IMG/VR virus record: IMGVR_UViG_3300046167_000873
Location: 32,001-96,000 of that record
DNA length: 64,000 nucleotides
Origin: a virus
Reading direction: 5' to 3' (one strand)
In this document: positions 18,016 through 28,956 of the stretch, piece by piece
How the letters are laid out: every line of letters begins with the position of its first letter
Position numbering within the stretch: the stretch's first letter is position 1
Program-made: the position numbers and the translations under genes
The notes under the pieces: generated by a model
The model's database searches: none
Seen by the model: only the letters and a program-made list of their open reading frames with translations
Told to the model about the DNA's origin: nothing

Positions 18016-18755
18016 TAGTCAGTCTTCTTGCTTACTTCAGTTTCTGGCCTGTTCCTTTTCCAGATAACTTTACCTTCAGGTGTTTTTGTCTTAATCATTT
18101 TAAAATCAGAGTGGCGTTCTATATCTTCTTTGCGATATTTTTTCTTTGCTTTAGAATCACCGCTTGAACAACTAGCCTCGTCTACTTCTTTTTTTGTAAT
18201 TTTAGGGTTAGTATCAACGTTGCCATCTTTTGTTTCAACATTGCATTTACAATCTTTTTTACCACAAGCTTCACAGCAATCTTCGTCTTCTTCGTCTTCT
18301 TCGAAAATCCAATTGATAAATTCTTGACAACCTTCTTCTGTTGACAGCATCTCTTCTAAAAGTGCGGTCTCTTCAAGTGAAGCTTCTGTCTGTAAGAACT
18401 CGTCAATTGTTTCGTTTATAAATGCTGTTAGATCTTCTTCGCTACCATTACTAATAACGTTTTCTAGAATTTGAGATAAGTCTGAATTTTCAAAATCGCT
18501 TTCATAAACCTCTGCATCTTCTCCTGGCTCGTAGCCTTTACGATGCTTTTTACGAGGAGCCATTTTAGCTTTACTGCCTGCATCATGAGGATGGCCTTTT
18601 TGAGCTTTAACCGCTGGCGCATCTGTAACATCGACATTATCAACATGCTTGTCAATAAAGTCTTGTTCGCCTTGACCCTTCTCATCTTGGTCTAGATATC
18701 CGCCTTCGACTTTTTTCATCTTTTCTAAGATATCTTGTAATAGATCTTTACTCAT
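18015..18755 (-). CDS. acidic prohead-core-like protein (gp68 position)
   Basis: Highly acidic, several I/LxE sites, CCEACGKKDCKC cluster; lies between gp67-like and gp21. Confidence 0.55.
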   Translation of the reverse strand: MSKDLLQDILEKMKKVEGGYLDQDEKGQGEQDFIDKHVDNVDVTDAPAVKAQKGHPHDAGSKAKMAPRKKHRKGYEPGEDAEVYESDFENSDLSQILENVISNGSEEDLTAFINETIDEFLQTEASLEETALLEEMLSTEEGCQEFINWIFEEDEEDEDCCEACGKKDCKCNVETKDGNVDTNPKITKKEVDEASCSSGDSKAKKKYRKEDIERHSDFKMIKTKTPEGKVIWKRNRPETEVSKKTD

Positions 18756-18981
18756 TGGAATATTCCGTATCTTGTATTTGTTCTTCTGATTCTAATTCTA
18801 TGTACTCGTTATCATCTTCTGTTACATTAGAATCAGGATTAAAAACGTTTGAAGCTATACTATGATATTGTTGTGCGACTACTGCGTCTAGCCTATCTGC
18901 CATAGCATTGTCGAAAGCTTGTTGCGCAGCTAACGGTTTATCGTCTAGAGCAGCCGAAATAAAATCTGTAATATCACTCAT
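18748..18981 (-). CDS. gp67: prohead core protein gp67-like
   Basis: DFISAALDDKPLAAQQAFDNAMADR...IASNVF resembles the T4 gp67 helix pattern; acidic tail. Confidence 0.7.
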   Translation of the reverse strand: MSDITDFISAALDDKPLAAQQAFDNAMADRLDAVVAQQYHSIASNVFNPDSNVTEDDNEYIELESEEQIQDTEYSNE

Positions 18982-19000
18982 AGTTTATTCTCCTTTCCAT

Positions 19001-19008
19001 TATTTATA
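19001..19008 (-). promoter_or_regulatory. T4 late promoter (gp67-like)
   Basis: TATAAATA. Confidence 0.8.
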
Positions 19009-19022
19009 TAAAAAATACTTTA

Positions 19023-19628
19023 CTATCTTAATGCAATATCCTGCACTTTCGTTGCAATCCTTCCAAGCTTTTTGCCTGTAGTACCTGTGTCTCTATGATC
19101 AGCTAATTGCTCATCCCATACAGAATCAACAATTGCATCAATATCTGCCTGTGTAATCGCTACAGACGCTGCTTCAATCGTAATTAAATCTACGATGTTA
19201 GATCTTACAAGAGAAGTAGAAACACCTTCAGCAAATAAAAATGGGTTTTCTCCAGTTTCTCTTGTATATAAATTGCCGACTACTGTTAATGTATACGCGT
19301 CACCAGAAGCTGCTGGTTGAATTCTCCATCCGTTCTCTAAGAACAATGTAGTACCAACGTTTTGAACATCTGTAACTGGGTCTCCACCTAACACACTTAA
19401 AGCTTTAGGCCATGTCATTCCAGTGCCTTGTTCAGGTGACGCAAGTACCCATTCTTTCCAGGCTTCATAAATGTCTTCTTTAGCATTTATATCGGTGACG
19501 CCTGATGCAATATAAATTATTCTTGAGTAACCATCAAACGCAACTTTTTGATTACCAAACTGAAGCGTTGCCGCGTTCTCGTCTGTCCAGTTGTTAAACG
19601 TTTGATGGTAGTGAAGTCCCATTCCCAT
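19023..19628 (-). CDS. hypothetical structural protein
   Basis: IYEAWKEW...FLENGWRI motif shared with 22363 and 24486. Confidence 0.7.
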   Translation of the reverse strand: MGMGLHYHQTFNNWTDENAATLQFGNQKVAFDGYSRIIYIASGVTDINAKEDIYEAWKEWVLASPEQGTGMTWPKALSVLGGDPVTDVQNVGTTLFLENGWRIQPAASGDAYTLTVVGNLYTRETGENPFLFAEGVSTSLVRSNIVDLITIEAASVAITQADIDAIVDSVWDEQLADHRDTGTTGKKLGRIATKVQDIALR

Positions 19629-21724
19629 TATTGATTAATCTCAGACCATCCAAGATTGAAGTGTGCTGTTATATCTCCAATAGATGTATTCGATGTTTTA
19701 AAATCAATTGCTGGTTGCAATGGCTTAACTACTACAGTAAAGTAAATCTGATTACCATAGTCTCCACGCATACGACCGTTGCTTGTAATTGTTAACCCTT
19801 GAGTATTTACAGCAGTCGTAAACTCAATGTCTTCATAAAGTTCTGCTGTATTAATGCCAGTTACTTTAATATAAAAATCTTGACCGCCATTTTCGTCAAA
19901 GTTCAATACAGTACTAGCCGAACCAACTATGTCATAAAGTCGAATTGGATACCCTTCTCTGTGCCGCAACACAGCTGGCATACTATACGAGGTAGTTGTT
20001 CCGGTTGTCCAAGAAAATACTCCGTGATCTTCAGTACTACCATTCTCTGAATAGTTTTTAAATGCACCATCTTGGAAATTATTGAATGTTTGGTTTACAT
20101 CAACAAACCCTTTACTACGTACATACGTTGATAACATATGAGCGCCACCACCCCAAAACTTTGGGCGATCTGCAAGAACATAATTATTTGGCTTATACAC
20201 TTCTACGGCGTTATTAGGTAATTGACTTACTGGTACCATCCAAGGAGTGGAACCAGGATTTACCACAAACTCATCGCTGTTGATTGAATATGATGCGTCA
20301 CCACCCCCTAATACAGGATCTAAATAAACTTCAAACTCTACTAGTGCTTCTGAGCCGTCTTGATGATACGCCATAACTTCCATGTAGTTAGGCATATACA
20401 ATGTTCTATTAATGTTACCGCCGGAACCCGCCTCTAAAGTTTTGACTGGACTTAATACACCAATAAGTTCGTAATCCTGACCATTCTCTAACGATGTCGG
20501 ATCAAATGTTTTAGTAATAGTTTCTAGTCTATTACTTCCGATAGTATTAAGATCAATCTCATGCTCTGTTTGCACAGTTGCACACCAAGCAAATATTTTA
20601 GCATCATTTAAATTATTACCAGTATTTTTCATTGCAAAACAAATAGGCAATGAACCGGTTTGAGATGTAGGTTTACCGAAATTATCCGTACCTTCATGAT
20701 AATACTCGTGTATTACGATACGTTGTCCGCGGTGATATGTACCAAACCGAACTCGGCCTGCACCTAACCATTGGACATCAATCCAATAGATATTATCATC
20801 TTGAATCCTTAAATTCATTTGCGATAAACCTGTACCGTCGACAGGGTCGCCGTTGAATTCATCAGATTCAATTATTTTTTCTTGTACACTACCTGTTGCA
20901 GAAGACCTAATAACCAATTTTAATTTATTTGTATTATCGTTAACTCGGAACATATATCCGTTACTAAAGTCGAAATATCCCCAATTTCTAGTAACATTAG
21001 TTCCATAATCATCAGCAGTCAAAGCTACTGTCATCATTGCTGTCTGTGAGAATCCTGGAAAGTAGTGATGATATGTATTAGTAGTATGCGCCACTTGATC
21101 GAAGGATGAATCATTCTCAAAAGTAGTGCCAGGTGCACCTGAAGGGCAAGTCAATTCTAAAGCACGAAGATCACCCGAATGACCAATCGTTCCATTTCCT
21201 ACTCTAAGAGTGGAGAAATCATTTGGCAGTTGGTCATAAGCAAATACATATTCTCCTAAAGCGGTACCAGAAGATACTCTTAGTCTTCCAAATGCATCTA
21301 GTTGTGGGCGGCCTTCGTCAAACCGCATACTCATAGATCCAGTACTATCTACGTCTACTGTATTTTGTGGAGAATTTCCGCCACTGATATTCATATAAGG
21401 AACGTGAAGAATCTCATCACCTTGTATTGTAGCTACGATTGAGCCGTTATACCATAACTCATCCCCTAATACAAGACTTACATTGTTAAAATCTTGTCCA
21501 CTTGGGAATTTCATACCTACATAGCCGGAATCGCTATCTGGCCCTGTAAATATTACAACAGTAAATAATGGAGCGGACGCTCTATAGATTTGATAATCTT
21601 GTTGTAACTGCCAAATATGATTACCGACTCGAGCTGCGTATTGCACACGATGAAACGGCTCATGGCGAATCTTTTTGCCTGTGCTATCTATTGGTACCTG
21701 TACAAAACTTCTTTCGCCCGTCAT
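19628..21724 (-). CDS. large hypothetical virion-type protein
   Basis: 698-aa beta-rich ORF with DAFGRLRVS and QWLGAGRVRFG motifs. Confidence 0.7.
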   Translation of the reverse strand: MTGERSFVQVPIDSTGKKIRHEPFHRVQYAARVGNHIWQLQQDYQIYRASAPLFTVVIFTGPDSDSGYVGMKFPSGQDFNNVSLVLGDELWYNGSIVATIQGDEILHVPYMNISGGNSPQNTVDVDSTGSMSMRFDEGRPQLDAFGRLRVSSGTALGEYVFAYDQLPNDFSTLRVGNGTIGHSGDLRALELTCPSGAPGTTFENDSSFDQVAHTTNTYHHYFPGFSQTAMMTVALTADDYGTNVTRNWGYFDFSNGYMFRVNDNTNKLKLVIRSSATGSVQEKIIESDEFNGDPVDGTGLSQMNLRIQDDNIYWIDVQWLGAGRVRFGTYHRGQRIVIHEYYHEGTDNFGKPTSQTGSLPICFAMKNTGNNLNDAKIFAWCATVQTEHEIDLNTIGSNRLETITKTFDPTSLENGQDYELIGVLSPVKTLEAGSGGNINRTLYMPNYMEVMAYHQDGSEALVEFEVYLDPVLGGGDASYSINSDEFVVNPGSTPWMVPVSQLPNNAVEVYKPNNYVLADRPKFWGGGAHMLSTYVRSKGFVDVNQTFNNFQDGAFKNYSENGSTEDHGVFSWTTGTTTSYSMPAVLRHREGYPIRLYDIVGSASTVLNFDENGGQDFYIKVTGINTAELYEDIEFTTAVNTQGLTITSNGRMRGDYGNQIYFTVVVKPLQPAIDFKTSNTSIGDITAHFNLGWSEINQ

Positions 21725-21752
21725 CGGTGTTTTCCTTTAGAATTCGTTATCA

Positions 21753-22310
21753 TTATTTATCTTCGCCGAGAGTGAGTTTGGTTTGAACTGTGTTAATCTC
21801 GTCTCTGGCTTCTTCAGCAGTATTTGAAGATTGCAATTCTTTTAATTTTTGTATTTTTTGATCGACTAATGCTTGAGCATCTTCAAATTTCTGATCTGCT
21901 TTTCTTTTAAGAAGATGTGTTTCAATTCGATCTGTATCGGAATTTTTTCGTAAAGCCCATTCGTCTCTATAATTTTGCCAAGTCATAATACCGTCTAAAA
22001 ATTGAGCTTCAACTAATGCAATTACTGAAGTCTCTTGGTCACTCCATTCTTTATCTGCACCTATTTCTGAAACAATTTTCATTTGTGAACAAACGTTTTC
22101 AGCAACAGGCAAGTCTTTTACACAAGGAACAACTACAATTCCTTTTATAGGATGAATAACAATATCCCAATAACTACCAAAACTATGCCAGCCATAATTC
22201 TTTTCAATCATCATTGGTTCGATGATATCAATTATTTCTGGTATAAAAGGCTGTAGTCCTTTCTTTTTTCTATTGCAAGCATTTCTTACTTCATATCTTG
22301 TATAATTCAT
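21753..22310 (-). CDS. hypothetical protein
   Basis: ORF with GAGG RBS. Confidence 0.7.
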   Translation of the reverse strand: MNYTRYEVRNACNRKKKGLQPFIPEIIDIIEPMMIEKNYGWHSFGSYWDIVIHPIKGIVVVPCVKDLPVAENVCSQMKIVSEIGADKEWSDQETSVIALVEAQFLDGIMTWQNYRDEWALRKNSDTDRIETHLLKRKADQKFEDAQALVDQKIQKLKELQSSNTAEEARDEINTVQTKLTLGEDK

Positions 22311-22323
22311 ATGTCCTCACTAT

Positions 22324-22350
22324 AAAAACTGGGGGCCTATAAGACCCCCC
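22324..22350 (-). terminator. rho-independent terminator
   Basis: GGGGGTC-TTATA-GGCCCCC followed by agTTTTT on the minus strand. Confidence 0.75.
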
Positions 22351-22362
22351 TCTATACTATAC

Positions 22363-24429
22363 TTATGCAGGATTATCGTAGTTTCTTTCAAGTGGCGCAA
22401 TCAGTGTTATACTGTTTGAAATAGATCGCTGAATTGTTGCCTCAGCAGAAATATATTGAGCAGTATTTAATCCAATCGCTACAGCAGTAATTGGTGCATC
22501 TTCACCAGCTGATGCAGCACCTCGCTGTACGTTCTCATCATATGCATATGACTTCTGCAAAGTTAGAGCTACGATCGAACCAGCCATATCAACGTTAGAA
22601 GCGTCATCAACAATAATTGCAGATGCAGTACCATAATCTGCGCCAGCATTATCACCAGCATCATCGTTTGTAAAGAATACCCTGAAGATTGCATCAGTAT
22701 CATCTACAAGTGTCTGACTAAAGTTCAATGTCAGAATTGCCACAAACGGGAATGTCAAGTTAACGAACTGCGCAGGTGCTACAATCGAAGAACCATCAAC
22801 AGTACCAGATTCATCAGCACCAGTCTGTGCATATGTAAATGTTGTTGTGTTTGTCACAGTAACTTGGAAAGTTCCGTTAAACGAATCCGTCGTAGTGCCT
22901 GTTCCAGAGATTGTAATGTAGTCGTTACTGGTCAATCCATGCGTTCCAGACGTTACAACAGTTACAACGTTTGATGCTCTACTAATCGATGAGATAACAG
23001 CAGCGGCATTAACCTCAGAACCATAACCCCAGAAGTGTAACCTGTTCTGATCGGCTGTAGCAAAGTTGTTAATGTACACACCTTCGTAATCTTCAACTCC
23101 GGGTACATCTGGCTGACCAAGTGTGAATAGATCGTCTCCAACGAAGTTTAATTTCAGTGGAGTAATATCACCACGACGGACACCAGTAACACCAGTATTA
23201 TCATTGATATCAGTTGTCTTACGAAGTTGCGCTTGTATCCACTGATATATGATTTCAGCAGTAGGATTGGTTGTGTGTAATGAACCGGAGTCAGCATCAA
23301 TTTCAACCGTAAAGAATGCAGTTGGAACAGATGTTGGTGGGTTATTATTAAATCCTGTCTGCGAAGTAACATCACCAGAAGCAGCCCACGATATTGTCAT
23401 ATTGTTATAATATGTACCAGAGGCAACAGCAGGAGAAGTATTCTCAGTGGCGTTAGTAGCATTTAAATATGTAAATTCAGTTGCACTTGTTACAGTAATA
23501 GTTGCACCGCCAACACCAGTATTAAATCCGGTTTCAGTTGCACCTGAAATAGTAATCAAATCATTGCTTTCAAGTCCGTGTGCAGCTGAGGCTGTAACAG
23601 TAACAGTTGTACCGTTACCTGTAAGAGTATCGATTGCAATATCATCGCCTGCCGCTGCAGCTTCTGAGTCAGTTACTTTAACGTCAGTAGAGTTAACAAG
23701 CGGGAAACGATATGCTTGATATGTGGTACCAGCTTCAGCACCGATATCTGTTAGGTTAGCAGTATCATATGTTTTAGACCATGTTCGAAGGAATGCTTCA
23801 AAGAATAGACTATAGTTAAAACCATCAGCAGTTGAACCATCAGCGTTTGGATCGCTATAGAACTCAATCGCTTGGTTTGCAGCTCCAGTCAAAACGATAT
23901 CTACTGGTGCGCTTGTTGTGTCATTGATTTGACGATAGTAAATTTGGTCGTTAGAATCCAAACTACCCAACGAAATAAATGAGAACCAACGTTCCGTATC
24001 GTTAGTACCTGGACCAGCGTTAACCGCCCATCCACCTGTTCGAATAAGGTCTACCGTGTATGCACCACGTGAACCAGTATCTGCAACAGCAGCACCACCT
24101 TTAGCACCAGTATCGTCTACTTGGTCGAGGTTCCAACCGTTCGTAAACTCAAACTGCTCATCTGTAATAGGTGTCATTGGGAATGGGAATTTAATCAAAG
24201 TTGTATCATTCTTCCATCGTTCTTTGAGGAAAGAGTAAAGGCACTTTAGTGTTACACCAGAAACAGTCATACCGTTATTGCCTGGATCAACGGCCACATA
24301 GATCAACAAATTGGCTGTGTCAATATGAATCTCAGAAGCAGCTGCCCTAGAACCAGCACCGGTCGTATCGACGGTTGCTGCTAGATCATCTGGATCTGTA
24401 ATGACATCAGCGGCAATAAATTCTGCCAT
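22363..24429 (-). CDS. structural protein with two FCCH-like beta-barrel repeats
   Basis: Two VTV...HGL.SND.ITISG...FTY repeats; own late promoter and AAGGAG RBS. Confidence 0.75.
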   Translation of the reverse strand: MAEFIAADVITDPDDLAATVDTTGAGSRAAASEIHIDTANLLIYVAVDPGNNGMTVSGVTLKCLYSFLKERWKNDTTLIKFPFPMTPITDEQFEFTNGWNLDQVDDTGAKGGAAVADTGSRGAYTVDLIRTGGWAVNAGPGTNDTERWFSFISLGSLDSNDQIYYRQINDTTSAPVDIVLTGAANQAIEFYSDPNADGSTADGFNYSLFFEAFLRTWSKTYDTANLTDIGAEAGTTYQAYRFPLVNSTDVKVTDSEAAAAGDDIAIDTLTGNGTTVTVTASAAHGLESNDLITISGATETGFNTGVGGATITVTSATEFTYLNATNATENTSPAVASGTYYNNMTISWAASGDVTSQTGFNNNPPTSVPTAFFTVEIDADSGSLHTTNPTAEIIYQWIQAQLRKTTDINDNTGVTGVRRGDITPLKLNFVGDDLFTLGQPDVPGVEDYEGVYINNFATADQNRLHFWGYGSEVNAAAVISSISRASNVVTVVTSGTHGLTSNDYITISGTGTTTDSFNGTFQVTVTNTTTFTYAQTGADESGTVDGSSIVAPAQFVNLTFPFVAILTLNFSQTLVDDTDAIFRVFFTNDDAGDNAGADYGTASAIIVDDASNVDMAGSIVALTLQKSYAYDENVQRGAASAGEDAPITAVAIGLNTAQYISAEATIQRSISNSITLIAPLERNYDNPA

Positions 24430-24473
24430 CTTTATTCTCCTTTAAAGAGTTTTATTGTTATTATACTTCTGAA

Positions 24474-24481
24474 TATTTATA
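24474..24481 (-). promoter_or_regulatory. T4 late promoter
   Basis: TATAAATA. Confidence 0.8.
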
Positions 24482-24485
24482 CGTT

Positions 24486-27386
24486 TTAAGGATTAAGATA
24501 TTGTCTATCGATTACCTGAGCAATCGGTATAGACTGGTTAGTATTAGTCAAAGTCAAACCTTCAAGATATATGTTTTGAAAATTCAAATTCACAACCACT
24601 ACAATAATGTTAATATCAGCACTGTAAATATACTGATAAGCAAATGTACTATTATCGGTTGTACCTGTAATGGTGACACCAGCTGTTGCTCCTGTTCCAG
24701 AACCAGCAGTAATAGTTTCGACACCCGCAACATCTGAAGTGTCTGATGCATCATATATTCTTACTTCTGTTCCATCTTTCAGACCAGTCAATTCGAATGT
24801 AACTGTTAATGGTGGAAATCTTAATACGCCATTTGAATCGATTAGTTGAAAGTTTGTACTATCAGCGCCTGCCATGTTAGTAAGGAATACGCCCTGAGCA
24901 CCGAAGAATCTGCCACCAGCAAACGTACCGAAAGGCGCCTGTTTATTATCTACGTTACTAAAGTTTGCCTCATCAGCATTTCGATATTCATAACCATCAT
25001 CACCATTTACTGTTTGTGAAAAGTCAAATGATGTAATATATTTTAAATATTCATAAACTTCATCAAGTGGTCTACCATTACAATCGACTTCTGCAGCATA
25101 AGGTTGTAGTCCATTACCATCGCCAATATCTCTTGTTAATGAACCAAATGTGAGTGTAATATCAGTATACGTAGCGACAGTACCAGAAGCAGTTGTATTG
25201 TTTAAATCTTCGTTTGTTGAAAGTGCAACAATACTTTGACCGCCACCAGAAAGATCAGAGAAAAAGTGGTCATATAAATCACCATATTCTCTTGCAAATA
25301 ACCAAACAGCGCCATTAACATTTGTAGCAGTATCATCTGTTGACTGTATAAAAGTACCGTCTTGCACTTTGATTAAGATATCAACGTTACCATCTGGCCA
25401 CCAAGATGTCAGCGCAGCATCAGACGCTTCAACGCCTTGAACAACATAAATACCTGTACCTGTTTCTACGGTACCAATTGTTTTAACGTTTGACCACAAA
25501 AGATTATTAGCGGCGTCTGTAAATGATCCAGAGTATAAGAATTTGTAATCGTTGTCTTTTGCTCCAAACGTATAACCATTTAAAAAGTTGTATTGGACAT
25601 CTGTAATTGATTCAAGCGGAACCTCAAACTGCATAAAAGCGGTCGCAGCAAATGTATTCATTACAAATTCATATAAATTCTGCGACGTATCAATTGCGCT
25701 ATAAGCACTGAAAGGTAACGTAGGACCAGAAGTCATTGTAATAGTTTCTAATGATGTATTAATAGTCCAAGTATTATTTAACGTTGGTACTGCAATCTGC
25801 TGTCTGTCGTTAATAAGTGTAACTAGTTGTGATACTGATCCCGATGCAGTACCGAGAGTTGTTTCAAATGGTTTGTCACCAAATTTTCGTACTCGAAGTG
25901 TAGAGTTATTAGTTCCACTATAACTTTGTTGTGGAATATTACCACTAGCATCAGTAGTACCATTAAAGATCGTGGTAACACCGTCATTAATATAAACAAA
26001 GGCACCAGATACATTAACACCATCTTCGTCTTTTACGTTAACATCAATTGTTTTTGCTTGGACTTGTACGGTAATTTGTCCGGTGTAACTTGCACCTCGA
26101 CGAATACTTGGTGTTGTTATGCCAGCCGGAATTGTAATAACAATATCTTGAGCAGATGTTGCATTAATATATAATGTTTCGTTACCAGTAGATCCAGCAG
26201 TAAAGTCAGTTCCTTCAATACCAAGAGCGCCTGTAGCATAACCAGTCGCTGTGTGCGGAAAAGTATATGTCGCAGGAACAGTCGTTAGCTCAATTGCATG
26301 GTTTGATCCATCACTTACAAAAGTACACGTTCCAATTGCCGTGATATCACTTACAAGTAAACTTGTTGCGCCAATAGACTCGTTGAATGTACAAGTGTCA
26401 ATTGATGCACCACCTTGCGTTACCTGATCACACTGGTTAAACGATGTACTCCCTAAAGTAGAATTACTAAGGAATATGAATGTTCCCATTGCATTGAAGT
26501 TACAGCTTTCTAAATCAACAGTCGCATTATCAACTACTTCAAAATTACCTCTAGAAACAGTACTAATAGAAGAAAATGAAATAGATGTCCATTCAACGTT
26601 TGAAGCAGCGTTGTTTATTTCAATCTTATTGAAATTAGATGTGACAAATTCTGTATTGTCGATTGTAATACTTTTGTTTGAATCTCTAAAATCTACAGAA
26701 GTTGCCGTTACCCCAAAAGTAAGAAGACCTTTATAAAGATATGATCCTCCAGCATCTTGAAATAACCCCCATCTGCCTAACGTTGGGTTATCATTTTCTG
26801 TAGCAATACCATCGAAGTCTGCGTATCCGTTTGCAAGATCGCCATCGGTAATAATAACTTCACCTCGGCCGTAACGCATGATATCGATGTTGAAAGAGTT
26901 ACCTTTTGAAATGCCGACACTTAGATCAACACCAATCCCAGCTGTATTATACGTCGTATTAGGCGAACCGGTGGTAGCTGACTCGGTTGTTGTTGGGTTT
27001 ACTGCATAATTTACCCAACCGCCATATGGATACGTATCTCGGCCATTTACATAGTATTGTCTAAAATTTGCACTGGTGTTACCAATAAAAACCTGTATTC
27101 CACCGAGTGATTTATTAATAGTTGCGTTAGGAGCAAACCATTTAAACCATATGAAAAAAGCACCATCAGTTGGAATTGTCCGACTTGTACCGGATGTGAA
27201 GACTAGAGAACCCTTACCATCTTTACGTTGTGATTCTGTAATACAACGATCACCATAAATCGCCAAGTCAGTATCAACCACGCCGGCGCCGTCTGTTCGG
27301 GTAAATCCGGTTGCCTCAGCAAATCCCGTAGTTGACGTCGCGTCGGTGTGAATTGATAAGTCTGTCGTATAGCTTGCAGCTGCCAT
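24486..27386 (-). CDS. large multi-domain structural protein (beta-helix-like and Ig-like segments)
   Basis: 966 aa, Thr/Gly/Asn-rich; VKDEDG..VSGA.V...GTTDASG Ig-like segment. Confidence 0.7.
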   Translation of the reverse strand: MAAASYTTDLSIHTDATSTTGFAEATGFTRTDGAGVVDTDLAIYGDRCITESQRKDGKGSLVFTSGTSRTIPTDGAFFIWFKWFAPNATINKSLGGIQVFIGNTSANFRQYYVNGRDTYPYGGWVNYAVNPTTTESATTGSPNTTYNTAGIGVDLSVGISKGNSFNIDIMRYGRGEVIITDGDLANGYADFDGIATENDNPTLGRWGLFQDAGGSYLYKGLLTFGVTATSVDFRDSNKSITIDNTEFVTSNFNKIEINNAASNVEWTSISFSSISTVSRGNFEVVDNATVDLESCNFNAMGTFIFLSNSTLGSTSFNQCDQVTQGGASIDTCTFNESIGATSLLVSDITAIGTCTFVSDGSNHAIELTTVPATYTFPHTATGYATGALGIEGTDFTAGSTGNETLYINATSAQDIVITIPAGITTPSIRRGASYTGQITVQVQAKTIDVNVKDEDGVNVSGAFVYINDGVTTIFNGTTDASGNIPQQSYSGTNNSTLRVRKFGDKPFETTLGTASGSVSQLVTLINDRQQIAVPTLNNTWTINTSLETITMTSGPTLPFSAYSAIDTSQNLYEFVMNTFAATAFMQFEVPLESITDVQYNFLNGYTFGAKDNDYKFLYSGSFTDAANNLLWSNVKTIGTVETGTGIYVVQGVEASDAALTSWWPDGNVDILIKVQDGTFIQSTDDTATNVNGAVWLFAREYGDLYDHFFSDLSGGGQSIVALSTNEDLNNTTASGTVATYTDITLTFGSLTRDIGDGNGLQPYAAEVDCNGRPLDEVYEYLKYITSFDFSQTVNGDDGYEYRNADEANFSNVDNKQAPFGTFAGGRFFGAQGVFLTNMAGADSTNFQLIDSNGVLRFPPLTVTFELTGLKDGTEVRIYDASDTSDVAGVETITAGSGTGATAGVTITGTTDNSTFAYQYIYSADINIIVVVVNLNFQNIYLEGLTLTNTNQSIPIAQVIDRQYLNP

Positions 27387-27810
27387 TAGTTATTTGACTC
27401 CAATGCAATTTGCAAAACTTTTTCAAGCGTATGTTCTTTTGCGCACAGTGCAGTAATAATGCCAGTAGAAAATGCAGATACAACAACAGATATCCCTTGA
27501 TCGTTAAGAGATTTTATGTATTGTTTCATCTGTATTGTCTCCCATGTGTCTACGTAATCGTTACTAACTAATGCATGATATACTTTTGTTCTTATTTTAT
27601 CGAAAATTACTCCAGTTTTATCTGGTCGTAAACTTTCATCATACCCATCAGTAATATATAAACAATTGAAGTTGACACACGAAGGAGGTCTATCTTCGTA
27701 AATAGCGCAACCTCTATCACAGAACTTACATACAGTATTATCTTCTTTTACAATGATACCATCGTCAATAGGCGGTGTTATGCAACACGCCATACACCCA
27801 TCACATTCCA

Positions 27811-27814
<4 letters not shown>
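27386..27814 (-). CDS. YkgJ/FliB-like CxxCxxCC cysteine-cluster protein (second copy)
   Basis: CDGCMACC...C...GCAIYEDRPPSCVNFNC. Confidence 0.8.
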
Positions 27815-28948
<1,134 letters not shown>

Positions 28949-28956
<8 letters not shown>

